From Nitrospirota bacterium (lineage in GTDB: Bacteria > Nitrospirota > Thermodesulfovibrionia > Thermodesulfovibrionales > Dissulfurispiraceae), in the NCBI GenBank assembly GCA_040758355.1, contig JBFLWF010000013.1, forward strand, positions 10,688 to 74,687: a DNA stretch of 64,000 nt, given 5' to 3'. The notes below the pieces were generated by a model. It made no database searches and was not told the origin of the DNA. It worked only from the letters and a program-made list of their open reading frames with translations. A program made the position numbers and the translations under genes. Positions 1 through 10,457 of the stretch are shown in pieces. Position 1 is the first letter of the stretch. Each line of letters opens with the position of its first letter.

Positions 1-320
1 TGAAGCTCATTCTGACCTATCTCTGCAAAGCCTGAGCTGGCAATTATTACGCACTTAGTTTTATCTTGAAGTCCCTTGAGTATTTCAGGAACCTCTGATG
101 CAGGCCTCATGATTATTGTCAGATCAACAGACTCAGGAATATCTTTAACAGAAGAATAAGTCTTTAAGCCCATGAGTTCTGTATAATTCGGATTTACAGG
201 ATAAACCCTGCCCCTGAATTTAAGCAGGTTCTTGAGAATAACACCGCCCAGCTTTTCTTCGCTGTGCGCAGCGCCGATAAGGGCAATGGATTTGGGGTTA
301 AAAAGATAATTTAGGTTCAT
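1..320 (-). CDS. ADP-forming acyl/acetate-CoA ligase, CoA-binding N-terminus (partial, runs off the window edge)
   Basis: Not in the ORF track. ATG at 320 overlaps the E2 stop (ATGA). Translates MNLNYLFNPKSIALIGAAHSEEKLGGVILKNL...VYPVNP..., a typical CoA-binding Rossmann start. Confidence 0.8.
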   Translation of the reverse strand, partial: MNLNYLFNPKSIALIGAAHSEEKLGGVILKNLLKFRGRVYPVNPNYTELMGLKTYSSVKDIPESVDLTIIMRPASEVPEILKGLQDKTKCVIIASSGFAEIGQNEL

Positions 321-1489
321 GCACTTTCTATAAATAATAATGCTGGGTCTTCGAGGTACTGAATCACCTTTGACAAAAACTTTGCCGAATCTACTCCGTC
401 CGTTACCCTGTGGTCAAAGGTCAGAGATAACGGAAGAATCTTTCTAATCACAACCTGCCCATCCTTTACCCATGGCTTTTCTGAAATCTTTCCTGTGCCT
501 AAGATTGCAACGTCAGGATAATTAATGATAGGGGTCGCAAATACGCCTCCGAAGTGTCCGTAATTCGTTATAGTAAATGTGCTTCCCTTCATCTCCTCAA
601 GTTTTATCTTCCTCTCCCTTGCCTTTTGGCTCAAATCCTGTATTTCCTTTACAAGTTCAAGAATCGTCTTTTTATCAACATCTTTTATTACAGGAACCAT
701 GAGACCGTCAGGTGTGTCAACTGCAATACCCATATTGTAATATTTCTTGATGATGATCTCCTCTTTTTCCTCATCCACAGAGGCATTGAGCAATGGATGC
801 TCTGCAAGGGCATGATGCACAGCCTTTATGAAAAATGGCAAAAAGGTCAGATGAATGCCTTTATCAAGCAGCGCCTTCTTTTCACGCTCACGCAAGTTCC
901 ATAATTCTGTAATATCAGCCTCATCCATTCCTGTTACAAAGGCAGTTGTTTTCTGTGACAATATGAGATTCTTTGCTATCGTTCTTCTCAATCCCCTAAT
1001 AGGCATTCTTTCCACAGTGCCATATTGATCTTCTATCTTCTTGGCCTTTTCAGATGCCTCGATGACATCCTCTTTTGTAATACTCCCGCCGGGGCCTGAG
1101 CCTTTGATGGTCTCAATTTTAACTCCAAGCTCTTTTGCCAGCGCCCTTACTGCCGGTGTCGCAAGTATCTCCTCCTCTTCAGGAAGAATACCAACAACAG
1201 AGACAGATTTCGGCCTTTCTTCAGGTTTTGGTTTTTCTTCAACAGCCTCTCCTTCTTCAGCAATGGCCATTAATACCTCTCCGACCTTTGCAATATCGCC
1301 GATGTCTTTATTAATTTTCAATACCCTTCCTTTTTTTGGAGAAGGCACTTCAACAATTGCCTTGTCGGTCTCTATTTCGAGAATGGTCTGATGCTCTTCT
1401 ATGGCATCTCCTTCTTTTACAAGCCATTTCCTTACCTCGCCCTCTGTTATACCTTCACCCAAATCCGGCAATACAAAATCAAATGGCAT
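317..1489 (-). CDS. pdhC: 2-oxoacid dehydrogenase E2, dihydrolipoamide acyltransferase
   Basis: Lipoyl motif ETDKA, E3-binding segment ATPAVRALA, catalytic FDHRVTDG. Confidence 0.93.
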   Translation of the reverse strand: MPFDFVLPDLGEGITEGEVRKWLVKEGDAIEEHQTILEIETDKAIVEVPSPKKGRVLKINKDIGDIAKVGEVLMAIAEEGEAVEEKPKPEERPKSVSVVGILPEEEEILATPAVRALAKELGVKIETIKGSGPGGSITKEDVIEASEKAKKIEDQYGTVERMPIRGLRRTIAKNLILSQKTTAFVTGMDEADITELWNLREREKKALLDKGIHLTFLPFFIKAVHHALAEHPLLNASVDEEKEEIIIKKYYNMGIAVDTPDGLMVPVIKDVDKKTILELVKEIQDLSQKARERKIKLEEMKGSTFTITNYGHFGGVFATPIINYPDVAILGTGKISEKPWVKDGQVVIRKILPLSLTFDHRVTDGVDSAKFLSKVIQYLEDPALLFIESA

Positions 1490-1612
1490 AATGTCTCCTT
1501 TTCATCTGCTTTCTGATAAAAAGGATAACATGCACGATGGGTACAGTCAATGTTGACGAGAGCCCGCACATAATATGCTATACTGTTTTAAAGCACGGAA
1601 GGGGTCATAACC

Positions 1613-2509
1613 ATGAAAAAACTCGCAAACAGATCTTTGCATATAGTTTTAATCCTTCTTCTCCTCAATCTGTTCGTCCATGCCCATGATGCCGTTTCTC
1701 AGGACAAAAAGAACTTTCTCTGGAAGGTCCAGTCAAACACAACTACTGTTTATTTATTGGGATCCGTACATTTTATGAGAAAGGACAGCTATCCTCTGGA
1801 CAGCAAAATCGAGGATGCATTTAAAAAATCGAATATCCTTGTGGTAGAGGCAAATATCAATGATACAGCAAAGATGGATGTACAGAGGCTTATGGCAGAT
1901 GCCTATTATCACGGCAGCGATACGCTTGACAAACATGTTTCAAGGGAGACCTATGATCTCATAAAAAAAGAGACAGAGAGGCTCGGCATCCCCATCCAGA
2001 TGATCAACAAACAAAAGCCATGGATTATTGCATTAACGCTATCTTCCTTAGAACTCTTAAAATTGGGGTTTACTCCAACTGACGGCATAGACATGTATTT
2101 TCTTTCAAAGGCTGGAGGGAAAAGGATAGTGGAGCTTGAGAGCGTTGATTATCAGATAAGGCTTCTTTCCTCATTTTCCGACAGAGAACAGGAACTGTTT
2201 TTGCTTTATACATTAAAAGACCTAAAAACCATCCGTCAGGAAATGGAACAATTGCTGCATACATGGAAATCCGGAGACATAAAGGGCATGGAGTTATTAA
2301 TATCGAAGTGGAACTCCGGCGATGCGCAATTGACTCCGATTTACGAAAAATTGATCTATGAAAGGAACAGGCGCATGACATCGCGGATAGAAGAATTTCT
2401 GAGAACAGGAGAAACCTATTTCGTGGTTGTGGGTGCAGCACATCTTATCGGAGACAGGGGAATCGTCAGGGCGCTAAAGGATAAAGGGTATTCTGTTGAA
2501 CAAAACTAA
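1613..2509 (+). CDS. TraB/GumN family protein with signal peptide
   Basis: Motifs YLLGSVH, LESVDYQ, RNRRM, FVVVGAAHL; hydrophobic N-terminus. Confidence 0.88.
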   Translation: MKKLANRSLHIVLILLLLNLFVHAHDAVSQDKKNFLWKVQSNTTTVYLLGSVHFMRKDSYPLDSKIEDAFKKSNILVVEANINDTAKMDVQRLMADAYYHGSDTLDKHVSRETYDLIKKETERLGIPIQMINKQKPWIIALTLSSLELLKLGFTPTDGIDMYFLSKAGGKRIVELESVDYQIRLLSSFSDREQELFLLYTLKDLKTIRQEMEQLLHTWKSGDIKGMELLISKWNSGDAQLTPIYEKLIYERNRRMTSRIEEFLRTGETYFVVVGAAHLIGDRGIVRALKDKGYSVEQN

Positions 2510-2514
2510 TGGTT

Positions 2515-3489
2515 CTAATACTTCATTACTTCCTCAATAACCTTTCTTATCCTCTCCACAGTTGGCGTGTAATAGTCCTCGAGTTTTGGAAGGGGCATTA
2601 CAACATCGTATCCTGTAATCCTCATTATCGGGCCTTTTAAATAAAGCATTGCATCTTCTGCAATGGTTGCTGAAAGTTCTGCGCCGAATCCGCAGGTCTT
2701 GGGCGCCTCGTGAACAATCACAACCCTTCCTGTCTTTTTCACCGATTTGAATATTGTCTCTTCATCGAATGGGTTGAGGGTCATTAAATCTATTACTTCA
2801 GCATCAAATTCCTCCACTGCCTGAAGCGTCCTGTGGAGCATGCTTCCCCATGCAATGACCGTAACATCCTTTCCTTCCTGAACGATCCTTGCCCTGCCGA
2901 GTGGAACAGTATATTCTCCTTCAGGGACGTCTTCTTTTATGAGGCGATAGAGCCTCGTTGATTCAAGAAAAATCACAGGGTCGGGGTCTCTGATGGATGA
3001 AATAAGCAATCCCTTTGCATTATAAGGCGATGATGGCACGACAACCTTTACACCAGGCATGTGGCAGAACAATGCCTCTGTGCTCTCCGAATGAAGGTCA
3101 GGCGCCTTTATTCCTGCACCATAGGGAGTCCTGACCACCATCGGACACGTGAACCTTCCCCTTGTTCTATTGCGAATCCTCGATGCATGTGAGAATATCT
3201 GGTCAATTGCAGGATAGATAAACCCCATAAACTGGATCTCTGCAACTGGCTTTAATCCATATGCAGCCATTCCTATGGCAGCGCCCACAATGACGGATTC
3301 AGCAAGGGGTGCATCTATGACCCTTTCGTCTCCAAATAATTCCAGTAAACCTTCTGTAACTCTAAATACGCCTCCGTCCTTTCCCACATCCTCGCCGAGG
3401 ATGACAACGCTGTTGTCCCTCTGCATCTCTTCTTTCAATGCAAGGTTTATTGCCTGAACCATATTTAATTTTTTTGAGTTCTGGGGCAT
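2515..3489 (-). CDS. pdhB: 2-oxoacid dehydrogenase E1 beta subunit
   Basis: GEDVGKDGGVFRVT, EIQFMGF and HSES motifs. Confidence 0.93.
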   Translation of the reverse strand: MPQNSKKLNMVQAINLALKEEMQRDNSVVILGEDVGKDGGVFRVTEGLLELFGDERVIDAPLAESVIVGAAIGMAAYGLKPVAEIQFMGFIYPAIDQIFSHASRIRNRTRGRFTCPMVVRTPYGAGIKAPDLHSESTEALFCHMPGVKVVVPSSPYNAKGLLISSIRDPDPVIFLESTRLYRLIKEDVPEGEYTVPLGRARIVQEGKDVTVIAWGSMLHRTLQAVEEFDAEVIDLMTLNPFDEETIFKSVKKTGRVVIVHEAPKTCGFGAELSATIAEDAMLYLKGPIMRITGYDVVMPLPKLEDYYTPTVERIRKVIEEVMKY

Positions 3490-3490
3490 A

Positions 3491-4546
3491 TTAGAAATCC
3501 CTCATCTCTCTTATCTGCCTTTGTGTAAGACTTTCATAAGTATATGCAAACATATCCTTTGGATTCTGCACTTCTATTGATTCCGCCATCTTAACAGCCT
3601 CATCAATCATATCCCTTGATTTTTCCTCAACCTCTTTCTGATATTGCTCTGTCCATAGTCCATTTTTCTCCATAAACAGTTTCAATCTCAGAACTGGGTC
3701 TTTTGCCCTCCATGCATCAACCTCCTCCTTGGAACGATACCTCGTTGCATCATCCGCTGTTGTATGGTCAGACATCCTGTACGTGAAGCATTCGATGAAT
3801 GTGGGGCCTCCGCCATCTCTTGCCTTATCCAAAGCCTCCTTTGTAGCCTTATAAACAGAAAATATATCATTGCCGTCAATCTGAATGCCTTCAAATCCAT
3901 AGGCAAGTGCTTTTTGCGCAAGTGTCTTTGATGCTGTCTGTTTTCCCCTCGGCACCGATATTGCCCACTGGTTGTTCTGGCAGATGAAAACCACAGGCAA
4001 TTTAAATACTCCTGCCATATTGAACCCTTCATGGAAGTCGCCCTTTGATGTTCCACCGTCTCCGAAATAACAGATCACTGCTGCTTTGTCTTTTTTGTAT
4101 TTTGCAGCCATTGCAGCGCCGACAGCATGCGGCACCTGCGTACCAACAGGGACAGCCAATGGGAATATATTAAGGTCATCCGGGCACTTCATCCCCCTCT
4201 CGTCTCCGGACCAGTACTGAAAAAGCATATGAATTGGATAGCCCATAGTTATATAAACGCCCATCTCCCTGAATGACGGAAATATCCAGTCAGATTTTTC
4301 TAATGCAAATGCGCTTCCGATCTGCGATGCCTCCTGACCTAAAATGGATGCATATGTGCCCATGCGTCCCTCTCTCTGGAGGCTTAAAGCGTGATGGTCA
4401 AAGGTTCGCGAGAGGATAAGCAGTTCATATATCCTCTTTATTTCGGAGTCCGATAGGGAAGGCGTGATGGATTCATCCGCATTCCCCTTCTCATCAAGGA
4501 TGTCGAGACGCTTTACATTGAATGATTCTATTATCCTTTCCGGCAT
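3491..4546 (-). CDS. pdhA: 2-oxoacid (pyruvate) dehydrogenase E1 alpha subunit
   Basis: TPP motif GDGGTSKGDFHEG...NN and YRMSDHTTADD; ATG at 4546. Confidence 0.93.
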   Translation of the reverse strand: MPERIIESFNVKRLDILDEKGNADESITPSLSDSEIKRIYELLILSRTFDHHALSLQREGRMGTYASILGQEASQIGSAFALEKSDWIFPSFREMGVYITMGYPIHMLFQYWSGDERGMKCPDDLNIFPLAVPVGTQVPHAVGAAMAAKYKKDKAAVICYFGDGGTSKGDFHEGFNMAGVFKLPVVFICQNNQWAISVPRGKQTASKTLAQKALAYGFEGIQIDGNDIFSVYKATKEALDKARDGGGPTFIECFTYRMSDHTTADDATRYRSKEEVDAWRAKDPVLRLKLFMEKNGLWTEQYQKEVEEKSRDMIDEAVKMAESIEVQNPKDMFAYTYESLTQRQIREMRDF

Positions 4547-4553
4547 CAATTAA

Positions 4554-4582
4554 AGAATATCACGGAGAAAATTTACAGTCAA
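4554..4582 (-). promoter_or_regulatory. sigma70-type promoter for pdhA, probably leaderless
   Basis: TTGACT-17 nt-TATTCT, then 7 nt to ATG; no Shine-Dalgarno. Confidence 0.6.
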
Positions 4583-4717
4583 ATCCATAACCCTCAGCCA
4601 AATATCATAGAATGGGTGTCGAGTGTGCTGAAAAAGACTTTGCACCCGGAATGTTCAACTGCAAGTAGAAGGTTAATACATGTTTTGCTATACTCCTGAT
4701 ATGGAGGTGTTTTGCAA

Positions 4718-6597
4718 ATGGGAAATTTAGGCGAATTCAAAAAGATATATCCTGAAAAGTTCGCGACCGAAGATAAGATATTCGACAACATCCATCCGGG
4801 CGACAGGATTTTCATTGGCACCGGCTGCGGAGAGCCACAGTACCTTGTCCGTGCACTCATAAATTATGTCAAGTCCCATCCAAAGGCATTTTTCGATGCA
4901 GAGGTGCTTCAGGTATGGACCCTCGGAGTTGCTCCCTATGCTGATGAAAAATTCAAAGATACCTTCAGGCACAACTCCTTCTTCATCGGCAATAACACAA
5001 GGGCTGCCGTCAATAAGGGAGTTGCAGACTACACCCCCATATTCCTCTCTGCAGTTCCGAATCTGTTTTACACCAAACGCATATCTGTCGATGTGGCTCT
5101 GATACAGACATCTCTTCCTGACGACCATGGCTATATGAGTCTCGGGATAAGCGTTGATATTGTTAAGGCAGCAGTGGAGTCTGCATCTCTTGTCATAGCA
5201 CAGGTGAACTCATACATGCCCCGCGTTCATGGCGAGACCTTTATAAACATAAAAAATGTGAGTTTTGTCGTGTCGTATGACGAGCCGCTATTGGAGTTTG
5301 AGGCAAGCGTTCCCGATGATATTGCCCAGAGGATCGGTACGTATGTCTCGCGCATTATTCAGGATGGAGACACAATTCAGGTGGGATACGGGACAATCCC
5401 AAATGCCATAATGTCACACCTGAACAATAAAAAGAATCTCGGCATACATACAGAACTGCTGACCGATGGTGTTATCGAGATCATGAAAAATGGGGTTGTG
5501 GATAACACAAAAAAAGAGCTCAACAAAGGCAAAACCGTGGCAGCCTTTTGCATGGGTAGAAAGGAGACATACGAATACCTTCACGACAATCCATCCATTG
5601 AGTTCAGGCCTGTGAGCTACACAAACAATCCATTGGTTATAGCCAGACACAAAAACATGCAGCAATAAACAGTGCACTGGAAATAGACCTCACAGGACAG
5701 GCTACAGCAGAATCTCTCGGAAGGATATTCTACAGCGGAATCGGAGGACAGGCAGATTTCATGAGGGGTGCAGTGCTTTCGCAGGGAGGAAAGACCATAC
5801 TCGCACTCCAATCCACCGCTGAAAATGACACAATATCAAGGATAGTTCCGAATCTCAAGGAAGGCGCTGGAGTAACTTTAACCAGAGGCGACATTCATTA
5901 TGTTGTCACAGAATACGGCATTGCATATCTTCATGGAAAAAATATAAGAGAGAGAACAATGGCTTTAATAGCGATCGCACATCCAAAGTTCAGACCGTGG
6001 CTTATAGAAGAGGCAAGAAAGCTGAACCTCGTATATAAAGACCAGGCATTTATCCCCGGAGAAAGGGGAGAGTATCCTGAAGATATGGAAACTTACAGAA
6101 CCACAAAGGCAGGACTCCGGATATTTCTACGTCCCGTGAGAATGAGCGATGAGCCGCTGCTTAAGGACTTCTTTTATTCCCTTACAGATGAATGCATGCA
6201 CCACAGGTTCATCTCCACAAGAAGGGATATGCCCCATGAGCGCCTGCAGAAATTCGTGATCATCGATTACACAAAAGAGATGGTAATACTTGCTGTGATA
6301 GAGCAGGGAGGGAAAGAGATGATCATAGGCATGGGACAGTATTATATAGATGAAAATGCACATACCGCAGAAGTTGCGTTTGTGGTCAGAGATGATTATC
6401 AGGGCAAAGGCATAGGCGCCGAGCTTCTTTCATATCTGACTTATCTCGCAAAGAAAAGCGGTCTTCACGGATTTACAGCAGAAGTCCTGTCTGATAACAA
6501 GCCGATGCTTAATTTGTTTGAAAGAATGGGGTTCGTCATCGAAAGGCGTGCAGAAGCAGGGGTGTATGAATTGACTATGTCTTTCAGAGAAGGCTGA
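4718..6597 (+). pseudogene. Acetyl-CoA hydrolase/transferase-GNAT fusion, split by a 1-nt frameshift near 5660
   Basis: First ORF ends HKNMQQ*. The shifted frame continues AINSALEIDLTGQATAESLG...GIGGQADFMRGA into ORF 5761-6597, which carries a C-terminal GNAT motif (QGKGIG). Confidence 0.8.
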
Positions 6598-6604
6598 TAA
6601 AGGC

Positions 6605-7051
6605 TTACCTTAAACCCAATCTGCTGAGTATGATTCCTAAATACTTATTGATCGGATTATTCCTTTCCAAAAAAGGAATAACAGGAGGCCTTCGCGTCTG
6701 GAGTTTATTTAGCTCTTCAATAATCTGCTGGTTTGTTTCGTATCTCAAGCCGGCCCTAAAGGTATTTATTGCGGTTTCTTTATCAACCGCATGGAGGTAT
6801 ATCTTGCCGAGATTAAGATAATGGATGGGATTTTCGGGTTCCCTTTTTATTGCCTCTTCGCAGAGGGAAATCGCCTTTCTTATCTGTCCGCGCTCTTTTG
6901 CTATGCATAATGCCAGATAAGAGACATAAACAGGTACCTCTTTAATCTGGGCTGCCTTTTCAAAATAAACAAGGGCAGAAAGGCCGTGTCCCACAGCAAG
7001 CTCGTTTAATCCCCTCGTAAAAAACTCTTCTGACTCGGTAATTTGTGCCAT
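6605..7051 (-). CDS. TPR-repeat protein
   Basis: TPR-like helices (AIKREPENPIHYLNLGKIY). Confidence 0.7.
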   Translation of the reverse strand: MAQITESEEFFTRGLNELAVGHGLSALVYFEKAAQIKEVPVYVSYLALCIAKERGQIRKAISLCEEAIKREPENPIHYLNLGKIYLHAVDKETAINTFRAGLRYETNQQIIEELNKLQTRRPPVIPFLERNNPINKYLGIILSRLGLR

Positions 7052-7093
7052 ATAAAATTTTACTATAATCTCGGAATATGTTGCAGTCCCGGA

Positions 7094-7597
7094 CTATTTT
7101 TTGATTTTTTTATATTCAAAAAATAATTTAAAGGCAAGCAGGAATATCCCGATGGTAAGGGCTGAATCAGCCACGTTGAATGCAGGCCAGTGGAATCTGC
7201 CCGCATACACATCGAGAAAGTCTATGACATAGCCGCGGATAATCCTGTCTGTAAGATTTCCAGCAGCACCGCCGAGTATCAGGGAAAAGCTCAACCTGTT
7301 GTCTCTGTCTTTAATAATGAGAACCGTTACAAAAACCATTGCCAGTGCTGCAACTGCTATGAAGAAAATATTGCCAAGGCTCTTAAACATGCCAAATGCA
7401 GAGCCGATATTCTCCACATAGACGATATTGAAAAAGGGTAATACTCTTATAATCTCATATGGACTCACATAGCTCTTTATGAGGTATTTAGTGAACTGGT
7501 CGAGGATAAATACAAATAAAGCAATCAGAAAAAATGGAATCGGTGAAACAGATTTTACTTCTGGCTTCTGACTTCTGGCTTCTGTGTTCTGATTCAT
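7094..7597 (-). CDS. lspA: Lipoprotein signal peptidase II
   Basis: DQFTK, NIGSAFG, GNLTDR, VIDFLD and FNVADS motifs; follows ileS. Confidence 0.95.
   Translation of the reverse strand: MNQNTEARSQKPEVKSVSPIPFFLIALFVFILDQFTKYLIKSYVSPYEIIRVLPFFNIVYVENIGSAFGMFKSLGNIFFIAVAALAMVFVTVLIIKDRDNRLSFSLILGGAAGNLTDRIIRGYVIDFLDVYAGRFHWPAFNVADSALTIGIFLLAFKLFFEYKKIKK
7557..7591. repeat. Heptamer tandem repeat (RCTTCTG, about 5 units) within the lspA N-terminus
   Basis: acttctg gcttctg acttctg gcttctg tgttctg. Confidence 0.8.
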
Positions 7598-10413
7598 TTA
7601 ATGGCATTATAACATCTTTCGCAGACCTGAGGATGGGCTTCGAATTTACCCACGGATTCGCTCCAGTTCCAGCACCTTTCGCACTTCTGCCCGGATGCCT
7701 TTTCGACTTTTATGAACATGTTTTTAATCTCCGTGCTTTCATAAACCTCACCTGTCTTCTGGCTGGATGGATATATCTCAACTGCCGAGACAATGAAAAG
7801 TGCAGGCAGAAAGTTTTTATAGGCCTGTAAGAGATTAAACTCTTCATCAGGTAAATAGAATACGAGCTTTGCCTCAAGGGCATTGCCTATGAACTTCTCT
7901 TTTCTTTTTATCTCAAGCGCCTTATTGGCCTCGTCTCTTATCGTGATAAGTTTCTCCCATCTCTTTTCCAGCACTTCATCCACAAATTCTTCCTTTATAA
8001 TGGGAAATCCTGAAAGAAAAACACTCTCTGCATCTGCTGACTGCTGACTGCTGTCTGCTGACTGCTTTTTCGGCACATAATTCCATATCTCATCGGCAGT
8101 GAATGACAGAACAGGCGCCATAAGCCTTGTCATGTCAACGAGTATCTGGTACATAACCCACTGGGCTGCACGCCTCTCAGCCGAATCTGCCCTGAATGTA
8201 TAGAGGCGGTCTTTCAATATATCGAGATAAAAAGAGCTCATATCAACAATGCAGAAATTGTATATGGAGTGGAACGCCTCATGGAAGTTGAAATCCTCGT
8301 AGGCCTCCATGACCTTTTGAATCAAATTCTGAAGCCTGCTCATAGCCCATCTGTCTATCTCAAGGAGATTTGCGCTATAGTCTTTCCCGTCAAAATCGGA
8401 AATATTGCCTAAGAGGAATCTCCCTGTATTCCTTATCTTCCTGTATGCCTCTGTAAGCCTGCTTATTATCTCCTTTGAAAGCCTTACATCATCACGGTAA
8501 TCCTCTGCAGAGACCCACAATCTGAGAATGTCTGCACCATTGGCTTTTATGACTTCTTGTGGCGCTATGACATTTCCGAGGGACTTTGACATCTTCTTTC
8601 CCTGGCCGTCAACCGTGAATCCGTGTGTAAGGACTATGTTGTATGGGGCCTTTTCCCTTGTGCCGACAGATGCAAGAAGCGAACTCTGGAACCACCCCCT
8701 GTGCTGGTCGCTTCCTTCAAGATACATTGCAGCAGGCCATGAGAGCCTTTCATCCCTTTCCAGAACCGCTGCATGGCTAACGCCTGAATCGAACCACACA
8801 TCAAGAATATCCATTTCTTTCTTAAAAGACGTACTGCCGCATCTGCATTTATAGCCGTCTTTCAGCAGGTCTTTGACATCAGCTTTAAACCAAATATCAG
8901 CACCTTCCTGCTCTGTAAGTTTCACTATTTTGTTGAACAATTCTTCATCATCGAGAAATGCTCCGCAGTCTTCGCATGTGATTAGGGTTATGGGTACTCC
9001 CCATGACCTCTGTCTCGAAACACACCAGTCCGGCCTGTTGGAGACCATGCCGTGAATTCTTTCCCTGCCCCATGAGGGAATCCATTCAACCCTCTCTATC
9101 TCCTTCAGGCATTTCTGCCTGAGATTTCTCTTTTCCATGGATATGAACCACTGGGCAGTTGCCCTGAATATAACAGGCTTTTTGCATCTCCAGCAGTGGG
9201 GATATGAATGCCTGATTTTATCAATTCCTAAAAGGGCATTCCTTTGTTTCAGTGTATCTATGATTCCTTCATTTGCCTTGAAGACAAACTGCCCCTCGAA
9301 TTCAGGGACATGTTTTGTGAACTTGCCTCTGTCATCAACAGGTGCATATATATCAAGTCCGTATTTAAGGCCTGCCTCGTAGTCATCCTCGCCATGTCCC
9401 GGCGCAATATGAACAATGCCAGAGCCTTCGCCGACAGTGACAAAATCTCCAAGAATAACCTTTGATTCCCTGTCTATAAATGGATGTTTTGCCCTCATGC
9501 CTTCGAGCTTGTCGCCGGAAATTTTCAGGATAACATTTCCTTTGATAATATCCTTCACTTTGAGATTTTCAAGATTATCCTCTGCAACTATATGTATTGC
9601 ATTTTCATCTTCCGTGGCATCCTCAACTGCAGCATAGATAAGCTCCGGATGCACTGCAAGCGCAAGGTTTGCAGGAAGCGTCCATGGAGTAGTTGTCCAG
9701 ATAACGATATATGTCTTTTTGCCTGCTAATTGTGGAAGGTACTTTGAAATGTCATCTTCTACGATCTGAAATCTTACAAATATTGAAGGGGATTCCTTAT
9801 CTGCATACTCCACTTCTGCCTCTGCAAGGGCAGTAACGCATGAAGGACACCAGTGCACAGGCTTTTTGCCTTTATAGACAGAGCCGTTATTTACAAACCT
9901 GAAAAACTCCCTGACAATTGATGCCTCATAATCATAAGACATTGTGAGATAAGGATTGTCCCAATCGCCGAATACGCCAAGCCTCTTGAAGTCTTCCCTC
10001 TGGATATTTACGAACTTATCCGCATATTCCCTGCAGAGCTGCCTCTTTTGTAAGACATCCACCTGCTCTTTTTTGTCTCCAAGATTCTTATCCACCTGAA
10101 GCTCTATGGGAAGGCCGTGGCAGTCCCATCCCGGAACATAGGGAGAGTAATATCCCTGCATAGATTTGTATTTGACAATAATGTCCTTGAGAATTTTATT
10201 CAGCGCATGTCCGATATGGATATTGCCGTTTGCATAAGGCGGCCCGTCATGGAGGATAAAGCTCTTATTGCCTTTATTTTTTTCCTGAAGCCTTCTGTAA
10301 ATTGCCTTTTCTTCCCATAATTTCAGCATCTCGGGCTCCCTCTGATTGAGGTTTGCCTTCATGGGAAAGTCTGTTTGTGGTAAATTAAGGGTATCCTTGT
10401 AATCAATTGGCAT
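7594..10413 (-). CDS. ileS: Isoleucine--tRNA ligase
   Basis: PPYANGNIHIGH, KMSKS, C-terminal zinc finger CERC...CERC. Confidence 0.98.
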   Translation of the reverse strand: MPIDYKDTLNLPQTDFPMKANLNQREPEMLKLWEEKAIYRRLQEKNKGNKSFILHDGPPYANGNIHIGHALNKILKDIIVKYKSMQGYYSPYVPGWDCHGLPIELQVDKNLGDKKEQVDVLQKRQLCREYADKFVNIQREDFKRLGVFGDWDNPYLTMSYDYEASIVREFFRFVNNGSVYKGKKPVHWCPSCVTALAEAEVEYADKESPSIFVRFQIVEDDISKYLPQLAGKKTYIVIWTTTPWTLPANLALAVHPELIYAAVEDATEDENAIHIVAEDNLENLKVKDIIKGNVILKISGDKLEGMRAKHPFIDRESKVILGDFVTVGEGSGIVHIAPGHGEDDYEAGLKYGLDIYAPVDDRGKFTKHVPEFEGQFVFKANEGIIDTLKQRNALLGIDKIRHSYPHCWRCKKPVIFRATAQWFISMEKRNLRQKCLKEIERVEWIPSWGRERIHGMVSNRPDWCVSRQRSWGVPITLITCEDCGAFLDDEELFNKIVKLTEQEGADIWFKADVKDLLKDGYKCRCGSTSFKKEMDILDVWFDSGVSHAAVLERDERLSWPAAMYLEGSDQHRGWFQSSLLASVGTREKAPYNIVLTHGFTVDGQGKKMSKSLGNVIAPQEVIKANGADILRLWVSAEDYRDDVRLSKEIISRLTEAYRKIRNTGRFLLGNISDFDGKDYSANLLEIDRWAMSRLQNLIQKVMEAYEDFNFHEAFHSIYNFCIVDMSSFYLDILKDRLYTFRADSAERRAAQWVMYQILVDMTRLMAPVLSFTADEIWNYVPKKQSADSSQQSADAESVFLSGFPIIKEEFVDEVLEKRWEKLITIRDEANKALEIKRKEKFIGNALEAKLVFYLPDEEFNLLQAYKNFLPALFIVSAVEIYPSSQKTGEVYESTEIKNMFIKVEKASGQKCERCWNWSESVGKFEAHPQVCERCYNAIK
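8034..8066. repeat. Heptamer tandem repeat (CTGCTGA) in frame in ileS
   Basis: ctgctga ctgctga ctgctgt ctgctga ctgct; encodes QSADSSQQSAD. Confidence 0.8.
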
Positions 10414-10420
10414 AACAGGA

Positions 10421-10450
10421 AAATTACCACTAAAGGGTATTTGGTGTCAA
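10421..10450 (-). promoter_or_regulatory. sigma70-type promoter for ileS, probably leaderless
   Basis: TTGACA-18 nt-TAATTT with TG extension, then 7 nt to ATG; no Shine-Dalgarno. Confidence 0.6.
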
Positions 10451-10457
10451 GGAAGGC

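Noticed and set aside
1613..2509. TraB as evidence of a conjugative element
   Set aside because: TraB/GumN is a metalloprotease-like family; no relaxase or T4SS genes are present.
5648..5656. Programmed -1 ribosomal frameshift
   Set aside because: C-AAA-AAC is not a full X-XXY-YYZ heptamer, and shifting there would lose the Met expected in NMxAINS; a simple deletion explains it better.
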